Source: a virus (Duplodnaviria > Caudoviricetes). Taken from it: a stretch of 61,364 bases of DNA. Numbering within the stretch: the stretch's first letter is position 1; each line of letters begins with the position of its first letter. Of the stretch, positions 52,777-61,364 are shown piece by piece. The notes under the pieces are model-generated. The model did no database searches. It saw only the letters and a program-made list of their open reading frames with translations, and was not told where the DNA came from. The DNA lies in IMG/VR virus record IMGVR_UViG_3300025892_000021, positions 1 through 61,364 of that record. The stretch is one strand, 5' to 3'. The translations under genes were made by a program, and so were the position numbers.

Positions 52777-54620
52777 TAATACTGCCTGCCGTTCCCATGT
52801 CCTCGATCATAATATGTTAAAGGTTCTTTTATATTTACACAATCAGTAATAGATAGAATGCGCTTCCAGAATTCATAATCTTGACCTTTCTTATATCTTC
52901 TAGTTTCATTCAAGAGCCCAACTTCTTCCATGATAGATTTTTTAACCATAACAGAAGACCCTATTAAGAAATTATGAATAGATAAAGTTTTTTCATTCCA
53001 AAAATTAGGCACTCCATTTGGAAAATCACCAGCATACTTTTTAATTCTTTTATCTATGCCTCCTAAATATAATTGATATTCCTTTTGGGGATCGAAAACC
53101 CCTCTGCCTTGAACAGCCTCAGTGCTACACATACCGCTTCCATGCTTTTGCATGACTTTTACTTGTTTTTCAATTTTAGTTGGGTACCATGCATCGTCAT
53201 CATCTAAAAAAGCTATATATTTCCCTTTAGATATTTTTAGACCATAATTATATGTATATGATCTACATCTAAAACCATGAGCCTCGTTAGAGTTTTCAGG
53301 CAAATTTATCCATATGACCCCAGGTGGGATTTCATTTTTATAATCCGAATCAGTAGAGCCATCATTTATAATTATAATTTCAAGATTTTTATATGTTTGA
53401 TTTTTTACAGATTCTACAGCTTTTTTAAGAAACTCCCACCTGTTAAAAGTTCCAATTACAACAGAAACTTTTGGCTCTTTCTCGTTATTAAAATGCTTTA
53501 CTTTTACCTCTCTAAAAGTTTTTGAATTTTTTTCTTCTTTAATATTGACTGCTTGTGAATTTTTTGAGAAACCAGCTTGTGTCATTATTTTAGCTTGTGT
53601 ATATCCAGAATACCCCTCTATTTTATGACCATGATTTCCTAGCCCTATAAACTTGTGTGTTTTTTTATACTTAGAATTAAATATATTAAAAGATTCAGTA
53701 TTGCTAGAAACTTTTTCAGTAATTAAATTTTTAGAATGAAAGTTATTTTTTATATATTCACTACATGAATTTCTATATGGAAGCACTACCTCTTCATACT
53801 TTTCAAGGCAAAGATCGATAACTTTTTTTGTTTTTTTCATGTCGCCTAAAGATCCATGAGGCATCAAGAAAATTTTATTAGAATCTATATTAAGAGAGTT
53901 TAAGGATGATTTTTCAAATTCAAAAATAGATATTCTTTGACCCACAAAACGCCCATACTCTAATTTTTCATGTGGAGGAAATTTTTTAGAATTAGGGATT
54001 TTACTTTTTTCTGGAGATTTATTGTGATCAATTACAGAATCTAAAAAAAGTGGTAAAATTTTTTTAGTTAAGAAAGTTTGATCTTGAGAATATCTAAAAT
54101 TATAATTATGTGATTTACAGAAACTATCAATCTCTTCTATAATATTAATTTTTAAATCTTTATTAATTACGCCCCACATTCCACCCATAACAGCAGACCA
54201 GTGACCTGCATCACAATCGTGCATAGTGTGAAATGATTTTTTAGAAGAAAGCCACTCGTTTACAGCAGCAGATTCTCTAGGATTAACTAATGAATCTGTG
54301 TCTCTAGAAATAGTAGCAAAAACATCACTATCTCCAGCTGTAAAAAACCTCCAATACATAGGTGGGATTTTAGAATCTATAATTAAAAACTCGCAATCTT
54401 CTTTACTAATCTGTATCAAATTAGAAGGCTCTTCGTCGCAATAAAATCTACAAATCCAACCTGGATAATGTTTTTTTGCTAAATCTATATTCTTTAATAT
54501 TCCTTTTGAGTATTTATCGTCAGAGCCATAAAGACTAAAGCTTATGACTTTTTTATTTTTTTCTTTTTTAAGCGAGCCTATCTTTATATCAAAAAAAGGA
54601 CTGTTTTTAAAAGAGTTCAC
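52776..54620 (-). CDS. two-domain glycosyltransferase (putative GT-A domain plus GT2)
   Basis: N: ISFSLYG...WRF...SRDTDS...MGGMWG...DQ.FL; C: VSVVIGTFNR...NDGSTD...FLDDDD...QDYEFW. Confidence 0.85.
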   Translation of the reverse strand: MNSFKNSPFFDIKIGSLKKEKNKKVISFSLYGSDDKYSKGILKNIDLAKKHYPGWICRFYCDEEPSNLIQISKEDCEFLIIDSKIPPMYWRFFTAGDSDVFATISRDTDSLVNPRESAAVNEWLSSKKSFHTMHDCDAGHWSAVMGGMWGVINKDLKINIIEEIDSFCKSHNYNFRYSQDQTFLTKKILPLFLDSVIDHNKSPEKSKIPNSKKFPPHEKLEYGRFVGQRISIFEFEKSSLNSLNIDSNKIFLMPHGSLGDMKKTKKVIDLCLEKYEEVVLPYRNSCSEYIKNNFHSKNLITEKVSSNTESFNIFNSKYKKTHKFIGLGNHGHKIEGYSGYTQAKIMTQAGFSKNSQAVNIKEEKNSKTFREVKVKHFNNEKEPKVSVVIGTFNRWEFLKKAVESVKNQTYKNLEIIIINDGSTDSDYKNEIPPGVIWINLPENSNEAHGFRCRSYTYNYGLKISKGKYIAFLDDDDAWYPTKIEKQVKVMQKHGSGMCSTEAVQGRGVFDPQKEYQLYLGGIDKRIKKYAGDFPNGVPNFWNEKTLSIHNFLIGSSVMVKKSIMEEVGLLNETRRYKKGQDYEFWKRILSITDCVNIKEPLTYYDRGHGNGRQY

Positions 54621-55636
54621 TCTGGAATCAAGATATTACCGCAAGGCTCATCCTTCAAAACGAGCCAGTGAGGACTATTCCCTTCTATAAAATTTGGAGA
54701 TATTTCTATGCCCGAACCTCTTCTTCCTGAGTAAATGTTTCTCTCTGTTAATACAGGAGAATATATTTTTTCTTGAACTCCAAGCAGACATGCCCAAAAA
54801 CTGAAAGAGGAGTTTGCTCTAAATACTGATCTTGCAAAATAAATTCTTAGAAAATCTGGAAACCAATCAAATGCTATATCTTTAAAATACTCAGAGCCGT
54901 CAGGATAAAACCAAGACCCTCTCCTCGTAAACCAATCATTGTCACTAGGTTTGCCTACTCCCCATTTACCACTCCAATCGTCGCTTGTCCACTCCATCTT
55001 GGAAGGATCTATGTCAAATTTTTTAAAAGCTTTTTCATATGACTTTTTAGAAATAACAGAATAGCCATAATTACTATCATAGCTAGGGTTTGAGATATCA
55101 TCTCTTCTTAAATGAGCTATATCATAAGTTCCTTGTTTATCTTCTAGTTTTTTATATATATCAAGATTTTTAATTTCATCTTTAAATTTAAATATATTTT
55201 TTAAAAAATTTAAAGACATACCTGAAAAAATTTCAGAATTGTATGCAGCTATGTCGCTGAACCAAACATTTTTCAAGCCAGACCAGCATCTAGAATTATT
55301 AGAAGGATCTAAAAAAAGCATATTCTTTTTTGATCTAAATGAGTAATCTTCAAATGCTTTTTTTCTATGATCATTATTATCAAAATCTCCTTTACTCTGG
55401 TTAATGTTTAATTTTAACTCTTCGTCTTTTAAAACTTTATGACAAGAATCTTTAAATAAAAAATCTCCTTCCCATTTAGATGGAAGAAGGAAATTTAAAT
55501 TAAACTTATCTGCATAAGAAGCTCCATATGCATATTGATGCATTCTGTTTCCGAATCTCCCTTGCCATTTTGCTAGAACTATATCTCCAGATTTTCTAGC
55601 TCTAGTCTTGGTTTGTTTTTTAATTTGTTTTGCCAT
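54617..55636 (-). CDS. GT11-like fucosyltransferase-fold glycosyltransferase
   Basis: GRFGNRMHQYA, AHLRRDD, ANSSFSFWA. Confidence 0.75.
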   Translation of the reverse strand: MAKQIKKQTKTRARKSGDIVLAKWQGRFGNRMHQYAYGASYADKFNLNFLLPSKWEGDFLFKDSCHKVLKDEELKLNINQSKGDFDNNDHRKKAFEDYSFRSKKNMLFLDPSNNSRCWSGLKNVWFSDIAAYNSEIFSGMSLNFLKNIFKFKDEIKNLDIYKKLEDKQGTYDIAHLRRDDISNPSYDSNYGYSVISKKSYEKAFKKFDIDPSKMEWTSDDWSGKWGVGKPSDNDWFTRRGSWFYPDGSEYFKDIAFDWFPDFLRIYFARSVFRANSSFSFWACLLGVQEKIYSPVLTERNIYSGRRGSGIEISPNFIEGNSPHWLVLKDEPCGNILIPE

Positions 55637-56719
55637 TTAAAAGTTTGAGTTTATATATTGTAAAATAAAACTAGAAAATTTCTCATTTTCTTCTAAAAAA
55701 TCTACAAATTTAGACTCTCCTTGTATTTTTTCTGGACATTCTATACCATTCTCTTCACAAGCTGAGAGTATTTCTTTATCTATGGATATCCAAGCTCCTT
55801 TTTGCTCGATATATCCCCAGAGCTTCATCATGTCTATAATTTCCCTTTCGACCCAAATACTTTTTCCGTTAGATCTTCCATATCTAATTGGATATTTTAC
55901 AATGGCACCTGTTTTTTCATTAACACTTTTTCTAAATATAATTTTACAAAAATGTCCAATAGGGTTACCTTTATCTTCAAGCTTTGATGCAGTTGGGTTT
56001 GTAAATATTATATCTGGATTATACCTTTCTTGAAATTCAAGAATAAAATTAGAATAATGTTTTACCGCATTCCCTCCAGCTTGCTTTACTTTTGGGCCTC
56101 CTCTTGCAGCATATGGATTAGTAGCGACTTCTACTCTTACTTGAGATGTTAATATCATCATATGTCCCATTTTTGTTATAGGTAGAACCATTTTTTTTAA
56201 GAAAACTGAAGTGACTAAAGCTCCCCCAGCAACCTGTTCGCTCTCGTCGAAAGGTTTGTCAAGATCTCCAATTCTACATAAAGCATCTACACTGTCAACA
56301 ATAAACATATACTTCTTATCTTCAGGATTATCTTCAACCAACATTCTGATTAATTGAAATACTTTTTCAAATACATTACAATCAAACCTAAAAAAACTTT
56401 CTTCACTAGTATCTATTCCGCTTCTAGATAGAATCTCAGGAGATAATCTGCCTTCGCTGCGAATATAAACAACCATTCCTTTCTTCCCGAAATGTTTTTG
56501 GAAGTTCTTTGCAATAGTTAGCGCACAACTAGTCTTTCCTCCTTCATTTACTCCTGTAAATCTGTGAGCACCAGAAGGAAGACCTCCGCCAAGAGCCAAA
56601 TCTAAGTTAAGACTTCCTGAAGAAATTTTATAATCATCTTCTTCAAAATTATTGTAATGATATTTCTTATTCTCTTTATCTGATAAGAATTTATTAATTT
56701 GATCTAATGTTTCACTCAT
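55637..56719 (-). CDS. recA: RecA/UvsX-like recombinase
   Basis: SSGSLNLDLALGGGLP, GVNEGGKT, IVDSV, SQVR, GGNAVKH, GAW. Confidence 0.88.
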   Translation of the reverse strand: MSETLDQINKFLSDKENKKYHYNNFEEDDYKISSGSLNLDLALGGGLPSGAHRFTGVNEGGKTSCALTIAKNFQKHFGKKGMVVYIRSEGRLSPEILSRSGIDTSEESFFRFDCNVFEKVFQLIRMLVEDNPEDKKYMFIVDSVDALCRIGDLDKPFDESEQVAGGALVTSVFLKKMVLPITKMGHMMILTSQVRVEVATNPYAARGGPKVKQAGGNAVKHYSNFILEFQERYNPDIIFTNPTASKLEDKGNPIGHFCKIIFRKSVNEKTGAIVKYPIRYGRSNGKSIWVEREIIDMMKLWGYIEQKGAWISIDKEILSACEENGIECPEKIQGESKFVDFLEENEKFSSFILQYINSNF

Positions 56720-57059
56720 TTTTTAAAAAATCTTTTATTGTTTTGTTTGTTTTATTATAAGAAAAATCTTTTCCAGTTTTTTCGGATATTTTTATAGGTT
56801 TATATTGCTTGGGTTCATAAGAAAATTCAAGGAATTTTTTCTTTAAAGTTTTTTTTCCGTAATCGCCCTTTAGGAAGATTAAACTATCGTACTTCTGATT
56901 AAATTTAATTAATTTCCAGAAATCTACATTAGGGTAGAGGGAGAATAATTCATTTAAAAACTTCATTTCCCTAGCCCAGAATGGTCTTTTATTCTTAGAG
57001 GGAATTGTTATCATTCTTTCAACTATGGCTTTTTTTTCGCCCTGTTTTAGCTTAAGCAT
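56712..57059 (-). CDS. hypothetical protein (predicted leaderless)
   Basis: 115 aa ending KTIKDFL; promoter TTGACT-N17-TATAGT-N6-ATG at 57066-57094. Confidence 0.7.
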   Translation of the reverse strand: MLKLKQGEKKAIVERMITIPSKNKRPFWAREMKFLNELFSLYPNVDFWKLIKFNQKYDSLIFLKGDYGKKTLKKKFLEFSYEPKQYKPIKISEKTGKDFSYNKTNKTIKDFLKNE

Positions 57060-57090
57060 AATTCAACTATAGCAAATTTAATAAAGAAAG

Positions 57091-58536
57091 TCAAGAGCAA
57101 ATAGGATGATATGTTTTTTTATCAATATCATAATACATTATATCATGTCTAATACCAAACACTCCGTTATTTGCAACTAATTTAAAATTAGCTAAATTAC
57201 TTTTTGATTTTTTCTCATTCTCCGAATTAATATAAAAGAATCCCTTTTCTTTTTCTAGATTTGTTAAATTCTTTATTGATAAATTTTTATCATTTTTTAT
57301 AGATTTATTATATTTTGAATTGTCTAATAATAATGTAGAATCAGGATATAGAGCATTAACTCTATTTATTAAATCAGTATCCTGATATCCCATTCCATAA
57401 AAAGATTCATCATAACCACCAGATTTTTCAAAAACCTCTCTTCTCATTGATATTCTTCCATAATTTCCACTAAACCATTCTTTCCTACACCATTGATGAC
57501 ACATATTTATATTAGAATTTTTAAAAAATATATTATATAAGTAAAGTGCCCCGTTTTTACCTACAAAATTATCACAATCCAAATTAACTAAAATTTTACC
57601 TTCGGATAAATAATGAGTTGTATTTTTTGCAATAGATGCATGCCAGTAAGGAAAATCAAAAATTTTAAAAAGTTTTAAATATCCAGATTTTATATGCTCA
57701 GGAAAGCTAGATATAAGCCATTCGAAAACTGAATCTTGAGAACCAAAATCAGTTACAACAAACTCGCAATGATCCTGAAACATTATATTGTCTTCTAAAT
57801 TTTTTAATAATGTTTTTTTAATTTGACTTTTTCTATTTTTTATAGAAATACAAAAACTAATTTTTTTTACTGAAGAAAAATTTTCCTTATATATATAAAA
57901 GTTTTTTCTTTCAAAGTTCCTACAAGATTCCTCATGATATAAGTGATATCCTGTTGCATTTTTTACCACAAATGGAGTTATTTCCTTTAATTTATTATGA
58001 ACAAAGTCTAGATCCTCCCAACCCCAACCAACTATATTATTATCAAAACCATTAGAAGAATCGAACTTTTCCTTTTTTACTAATATGGAATACTTGCTCA
58101 CATAAGTATCTGGATTGCCTTTATGTAAATTTGTAGCCGACGATTTTTTTATAAATAAATTACTCTCCTCTTCGTTTATTCTGTAGACTTCTGAGAAAGG
58201 GCTTATTAAGTCTTGATCGTCAACTTGTTGTATGACACTTTCAAAATCCAATATAACATCAGCATCTATAAACCATAAATATTTTGTTTTGGAATTTTCT
58301 CCAGCTATATTGTAGAGCCTAGATTTATGAAAAGGAGAATTAGAATAATACATTATTCTAGTAAATAAAGCGCCTTTTTTAATAAAAGCAGAACCTTCTT
58401 TATTTGTAGAGTCAGGCTCTTTTTGTTCTGATATAATTATATCAGCATTAATTTTTTTTAAATTTTTTAATAAAAAAACTAAATTTCTGAACCTTAAATC
58501 AGACGAGTTCTTATATGCAATAATAAAAGTGAACAC
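57091..58536 (-). CDS. tandem GT2/GT7C (galactosyltransferase-like) glycosyltransferase
   Basis: DAD...GFD..IVGWGWED and LDCD...GGYDESFYGMGYQD; promoter TTGAAA-N17-TATAAT-N5-GTG at 58542-58570. Confidence 0.85.
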   Translation of the reverse strand: MFTFIIAYKNSSDLRFRNLVFLLKNLKKINADIIISEQKEPDSTNKEGSAFIKKGALFTRIMYYSNSPFHKSRLYNIAGENSKTKYLWFIDADVILDFESVIQQVDDQDLISPFSEVYRINEEESNLFIKKSSATNLHKGNPDTYVSKYSILVKKEKFDSSNGFDNNIVGWGWEDLDFVHNKLKEITPFVVKNATGYHLYHEESCRNFERKNFYIYKENFSSVKKISFCISIKNRKSQIKKTLLKNLEDNIMFQDHCEFVVTDFGSQDSVFEWLISSFPEHIKSGYLKLFKIFDFPYWHASIAKNTTHYLSEGKILVNLDCDNFVGKNGALYLYNIFFKNSNINMCHQWCRKEWFSGNYGRISMRREVFEKSGGYDESFYGMGYQDTDLINRVNALYPDSTLLLDNSKYNKSIKNDKNLSIKNLTNLEKEKGFFYINSENEKKSKSNLANFKLVANNGVFGIRHDIMYYDIDKKTYHPICS

Positions 58537-58575
58537 AAAATATTATACCTTTTAAAAGATATAATTTCAAGGTCA

Positions 58576-61362
58576 TTATGGATAAGTCGGAGTAACAGGG
58601 TATGTGGGTGTTACAGTTGCAGGAGGTGTGGTCGCAGGAGGTGTGGTAGCAGCAGTCGGGGTAGCAGTCGGGGTAGCAGTCGGGGTAGCAGTCGGTGTCG
58701 GGGTAGGTGTTGGAGTATCAGTCTCCGTAGGGGTTGGAGTCGGGGTTGGGTCACAACAATCTTCACAAGTAGAAAAATCTTCATAACCATTTAAAGCATC
58801 GTAAACTGTAGATTCTTTTAAAGTAAAGTCATTTAAGAAAGCTTTATCGTTACAATCTGAAGCTCCACCACAGTTACTTGCATCAACTAAACCTACATTA
58901 TGATAGCATTGACCACCTTTAGTGACAACACTAGGAAGAGTGACATCATCCTCAATTGCTACATAAAAATATTGTTCAGCTGAGCCTCTGTCGTCTTTAC
59001 AGCAAGGTTTACTTGAATCACTTTGATTTTTGCTTTCGCTTTCGGCACAAATATTATATTTTGCGCACTTTCCTGTAGGGCAGTCTAATGCTTCCAGATC
59101 TGTTTGACTTTTAGCAGTTGCAGTTACAGAAGTTTTACACAACCAATTCCAAGCCTGATCTATAGTCTTGTCTCCTCCGTCATCGCTATAAGTATCATCT
59201 GTTTTATATGTTTCTCCAGCGAATTCAAACCTAAGATTCTTACCTAATTTAATTTTTTGATCTGTAATACTAGGACCATTTTCATCTGGATTATACCCAC
59301 CGTTATCAATTGCATTAATTGCAGATGTCACCGAAGCGACATTTTTAAATGTACCATCACTTTTACAACTATATGTAAATGTAAGCATAAATTGAACATC
59401 AGCTTCATTAGAGCCAGCTGGTAAAATTTCTTCATCAAATGGAGTTTGATCATTACCTGCATCGCAATCAGGGTCAAGCACATGCTTGACTTTTACTACG
59501 GGAGTATGATCAGTACATGTACATTCATTACATTTATAACCCTCTTTTCCAAATGGTTGTCCTTCTCCGATGCAATTTCCTGGAACAGTTCCGTTACACC
59601 AGTTATCAGAATACAAAGACTGTCTATCATAGCTACATCTAACTTCCTCAAACATATTGGCATTTAATACACAAGTGCTTGGTCTTCCACAAACGCAAAA
59701 TCCGTAAGGATTTTCATTTGCATCGCCAATCTCTCCACAATTAGTATTATTGCCAGTTCGGTTGTTTCTTCCTGCCGCTTGTCTTTGCGCATTGATTGCA
59801 TCGTATCTTTTATCCGCTATGCATTGCCTGGTGTTCTCACACAAAGCTCCTTCAGCATTTGTTGCAACCCCTCCCCATTCTTTTCTAGAAGGATCATAAG
59901 TCATATCAAGGTAAGAGCCGCAAAAATTAGTGGGGTTATCTGAATGTTTGAAGGCAGGGCAGAAAGTAGCATCAATACAACCTGCATCTCCATTCGGAAT
60001 GAAGTCTGGATTAGGGTCTCCATTATCGAGGTTACCGCATATTAGCTTTTTGTAGTTAGATTTTGTTAAAGGAATAAGCAAATCAGGTCCTGTATTACCA
60101 GCCTTAAAACAATTATCATCTGCAGGATCGCATTCACATTGACATTCTGGGCATTTTATGCAATCTCCTCCAGGATTTTGACCAAAATTAGTACAAATTT
60201 GACTTTTAGGACGGGGAGTATTATTTACTGAAGTATCTATTACATCCGCTCCAAGTGGACAACAATACTCCTCAGAGCCAATTTCTTGATATTTAAAAAA
60301 TCTAAGTTTACCTTTACAAAAATTCTCTTTAGGTTTTTGAGGCATGCAGGATCTTTGACAATTAGTTTTTCTGGTCTGTTCCCTATCGCAATCATCGTCT
60401 GGATCGGGATTTACTACAGGAGGCCATGGATTTACAGGCGTGAAATTAAAATCACTAACTGGGGTAGGAGGAGACTCTGTAGTTGTAGGAGATTCTGTAG
60501 GAGTTGAAGTTGCTGTAGGTGTTACAGTAGAAGGCGGTATAGTTTGAGTTGCAGTAAAAGTGACCGTAGGGGTAGGAGTAGGGGTAAGTGTGGGTGTTGG
60601 GCTAACGGTTTTAGGCGTTATAGTCCTAGTAGGAGTAAGCTCAGGAGTATTTGTTATAGTATAAGCCGTCTCAGTAAAAGGAGTTTTAGCCTTAGTATGT
60701 ATAGGTTTAGTCTCAGTAAAAGGAGTCGGACTTTCTGTAGGAGTGCGTACTGGAGTATCAGTTGGAGTTTTTAAATGAAAACTAGGAGTTGGAGTGAGAG
60801 CACATCCAGAACAATGATTATCTAAAATAGAAAAATAAGCACTATCCTGATTTGTATGAGGAATTATTGAAAAAGTATTGTTTTTTCCACAAAATGTGAG
60901 CTTAGTTATTCCGCTATAAGATGCAGATTGAACATCTCCCGCACAATCTATATAAATATAAGTTCCACTATCTGATCTTTTTTGAGATTCAAAAAGAAAA
61001 CAGACGCAATTTGTTGGAGATAGTGTAGGTGGAGTTATCGTGGGAACTAATGATGTAACAGTCGGAGTATATGCAGTAGGACCAATAGAGTGAGTATAAG
61101 GAGTTTTTGTTGATGTCGGAGTTAAAGTCGGCGTAGGTGTTGGAGTAGGTGGAGCACTTAGAGTACTCGTTGCTGTTGGGGTAGCAATAGTAGCGGTCTG
61201 CGTAGGTGTTGGAGTAGGTGGAGCGCTTAGAGTACTCGTTGCTGTTGGAGTAGGTGGAGCGCTTAGAGTACTCGTTGCTGTTGGAGTAGGTGGAGCACTT
61301 AGAGTACTCGTTGCTGTTGGGCTAGGTGGAGCGCTTAGAGTACTCGTTGCTGTTGGGCTAGG
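58576..61362 (-). CDS. large mucin-like Thr/Pro-rich and Cys-rich protein; 5' end outside window (at least 928 aa)
   Basis: Manual translation shows the 58576-60345 frame stays open to the right edge; alternating TP-rich linkers and Cys-rich domains. Confidence 0.85.
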   Translation of the reverse strand, partial: PSPTATSTLSAPPSPTATSTLSAPPTPTATSTLSAPPTPTATSTLSAPPTPTPTQTATIATPTATSTLSAPPTPTPTPTLTPTSTKTPYTHSIGPTAYTPTVTSLVPTITPPTLSPTNCVCFLFESQKRSDSGTYIYIDCAGDVQSASYSGITKLTFCGKNNTFSIIPHTNQDSAYFSILDNHCSGCALTPTPSFHLKTPTDTPVRTPTESPTPFTETKPIHTKAKTPFTETAYTITNTPELTPTRTITPKTVSPTPTLTPTPTPTVTFTATQTIPPSTVTPTATSTPTESPTTTESPPTPVSDFNFTPVNPWPPVVNPDPDDDCDREQTRKTNCQRSCMPQKPKENFCKGKLRFFKYQEIGSEEYCCPLGADVIDTSVNNTPRPKSQICTNFGQNPGGDCIKCPECQCECDPADDNCFKAGNTGPDLLIPLTKSNYKKLICGNLDNGDPNPDFIPNGDAGCIDATFCPAFKHSDNPTNFCGSYLDMTYDPSRKEWGGVATNAEGALCENTRQCIADKRYDAINAQRQAAGRNNRTGNNTNCGEIGDANENPYGFCVCGRPSTCVLNANMFEEVRCSYDRQSLYSDNWCNGTVPGNCIGEGQPFGKEGYKCNECTCTDHTPVVKVKHVLDPDCDAGNDQTPFDEEILPAGSNEADVQFMLTFTYSCKSDGTFKNVASVTSAINAIDNGGYNPDENGPSITDQKIKLGKNLRFEFAGETYKTDDTYSDDGGDKTIDQAWNWLCKTSVTATAKSQTDLEALDCPTGKCAKYNICAESESKNQSDSSKPCCKDDRGSAEQYFYVAIEDDVTLPSVVTKGGQCYHNVGLVDASNCGGASDCNDKAFLNDFTLKESTVYDALNGYEDFSTCEDCCDPTPTPTPTETDTPTPTPTPTATPTATPTATPTAATTPPATTPPATVTPTYPVTPTYP

Positions 61363-61364
61363 TG
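61144..61364. repeat. 36-bp coding tandem repeat, PTATSTLSAPP(T/S), five full copies
   Basis: CCAACAGCAACGAGTACTCTAAGYGCTCCACCTA(CT/GC) on minus strand; four adjacent units plus one after a 33-bp interruption. Confidence 0.9.

Noticed and set aside
40501-56719. Inteins or introns in dnaE, dnaB or recA
   Set aside because: Lengths are normal and no intein terminal or LAGLIDADG motifs were seen
2380-60774. Most other short plus-strand ORFs in the track (e.g. 6781, 12877, 26640, 30297, 39712, 44073, 58604, 60544) and minus ORF 37801-38037
   Set aside because: They lie within well-supported minus-strand genes and have antisense-like or low-complexity composition; only the 30715 and 47097 plus-strand genes occupy their own space
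61144-61364. 36-bp repeats as a CRISPR array
   Set aside because: No unique spacers, variation at codon level, inside an open Thr/Pro reading frame
1-61364. Stop-codon reassignment
   Set aside because: Conserved genes are intact under code 11 and TAA, TAG and TGA all end tightly packed genes; only one isolated internal TAA was found

Overview
AT-rich, densely coded 61-kb segment of a large (probably jumbo-type) dsDNA bacteriophage; nearly all genes are on the minus strand and the standard code 11 fits. No capsid or terminase genes are in the window. Family names below come from motif recognition, not database searches. From left to right it contains: (i) an rIIA-like GHKL ATPase running off the left edge, then about 50 small early-type hypothetical ORFs with a tRNA-CAT; (ii) an auxiliary block with UvsE, DUF1415-like, DUF2452-like, an Ate1/Bpt-like aminoacyl transferase, SpeD, DUF962-like and Ppa; (iii) a complete tmRNA (tag GNKSRIKAYSPQSESLALAA) just downstream of a five-gene cluster with three sigma or sigma-like factors and two paralogous partner proteins; (iv) a C5 methyltransferase, HNH nuclease, porin-like beta-barrel, RuvB-like ATPase and SHD1-LRR secreted protein; (v) a replication/recombination module (SSAP-like, SSB-like, ClpC-like, split DnaE with stand-alone PHP, DnaQ-like exonuclease, GuaC, RecB-like nuclease, primase, DnaB, RecA) interleaved with five glycosyltransferase genes; (vi) a >928-aa Thr/Pro mucin-like, Cys-rich protein running off the right edge. 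The SHD1 domain and the ECF sigma type suggest a Verrucomicrobiota/PVC host (inference). Highlights: the duplicated partner-sigma module, two promoter classes (leaderless sigma70 and a GTGTA motif), a candidate -1 frameshift at an A10 run, a tmRNA/N-degron/Clp proteolysis toolkit, and a glycosyltransferase set next to a mucin-like substrate.
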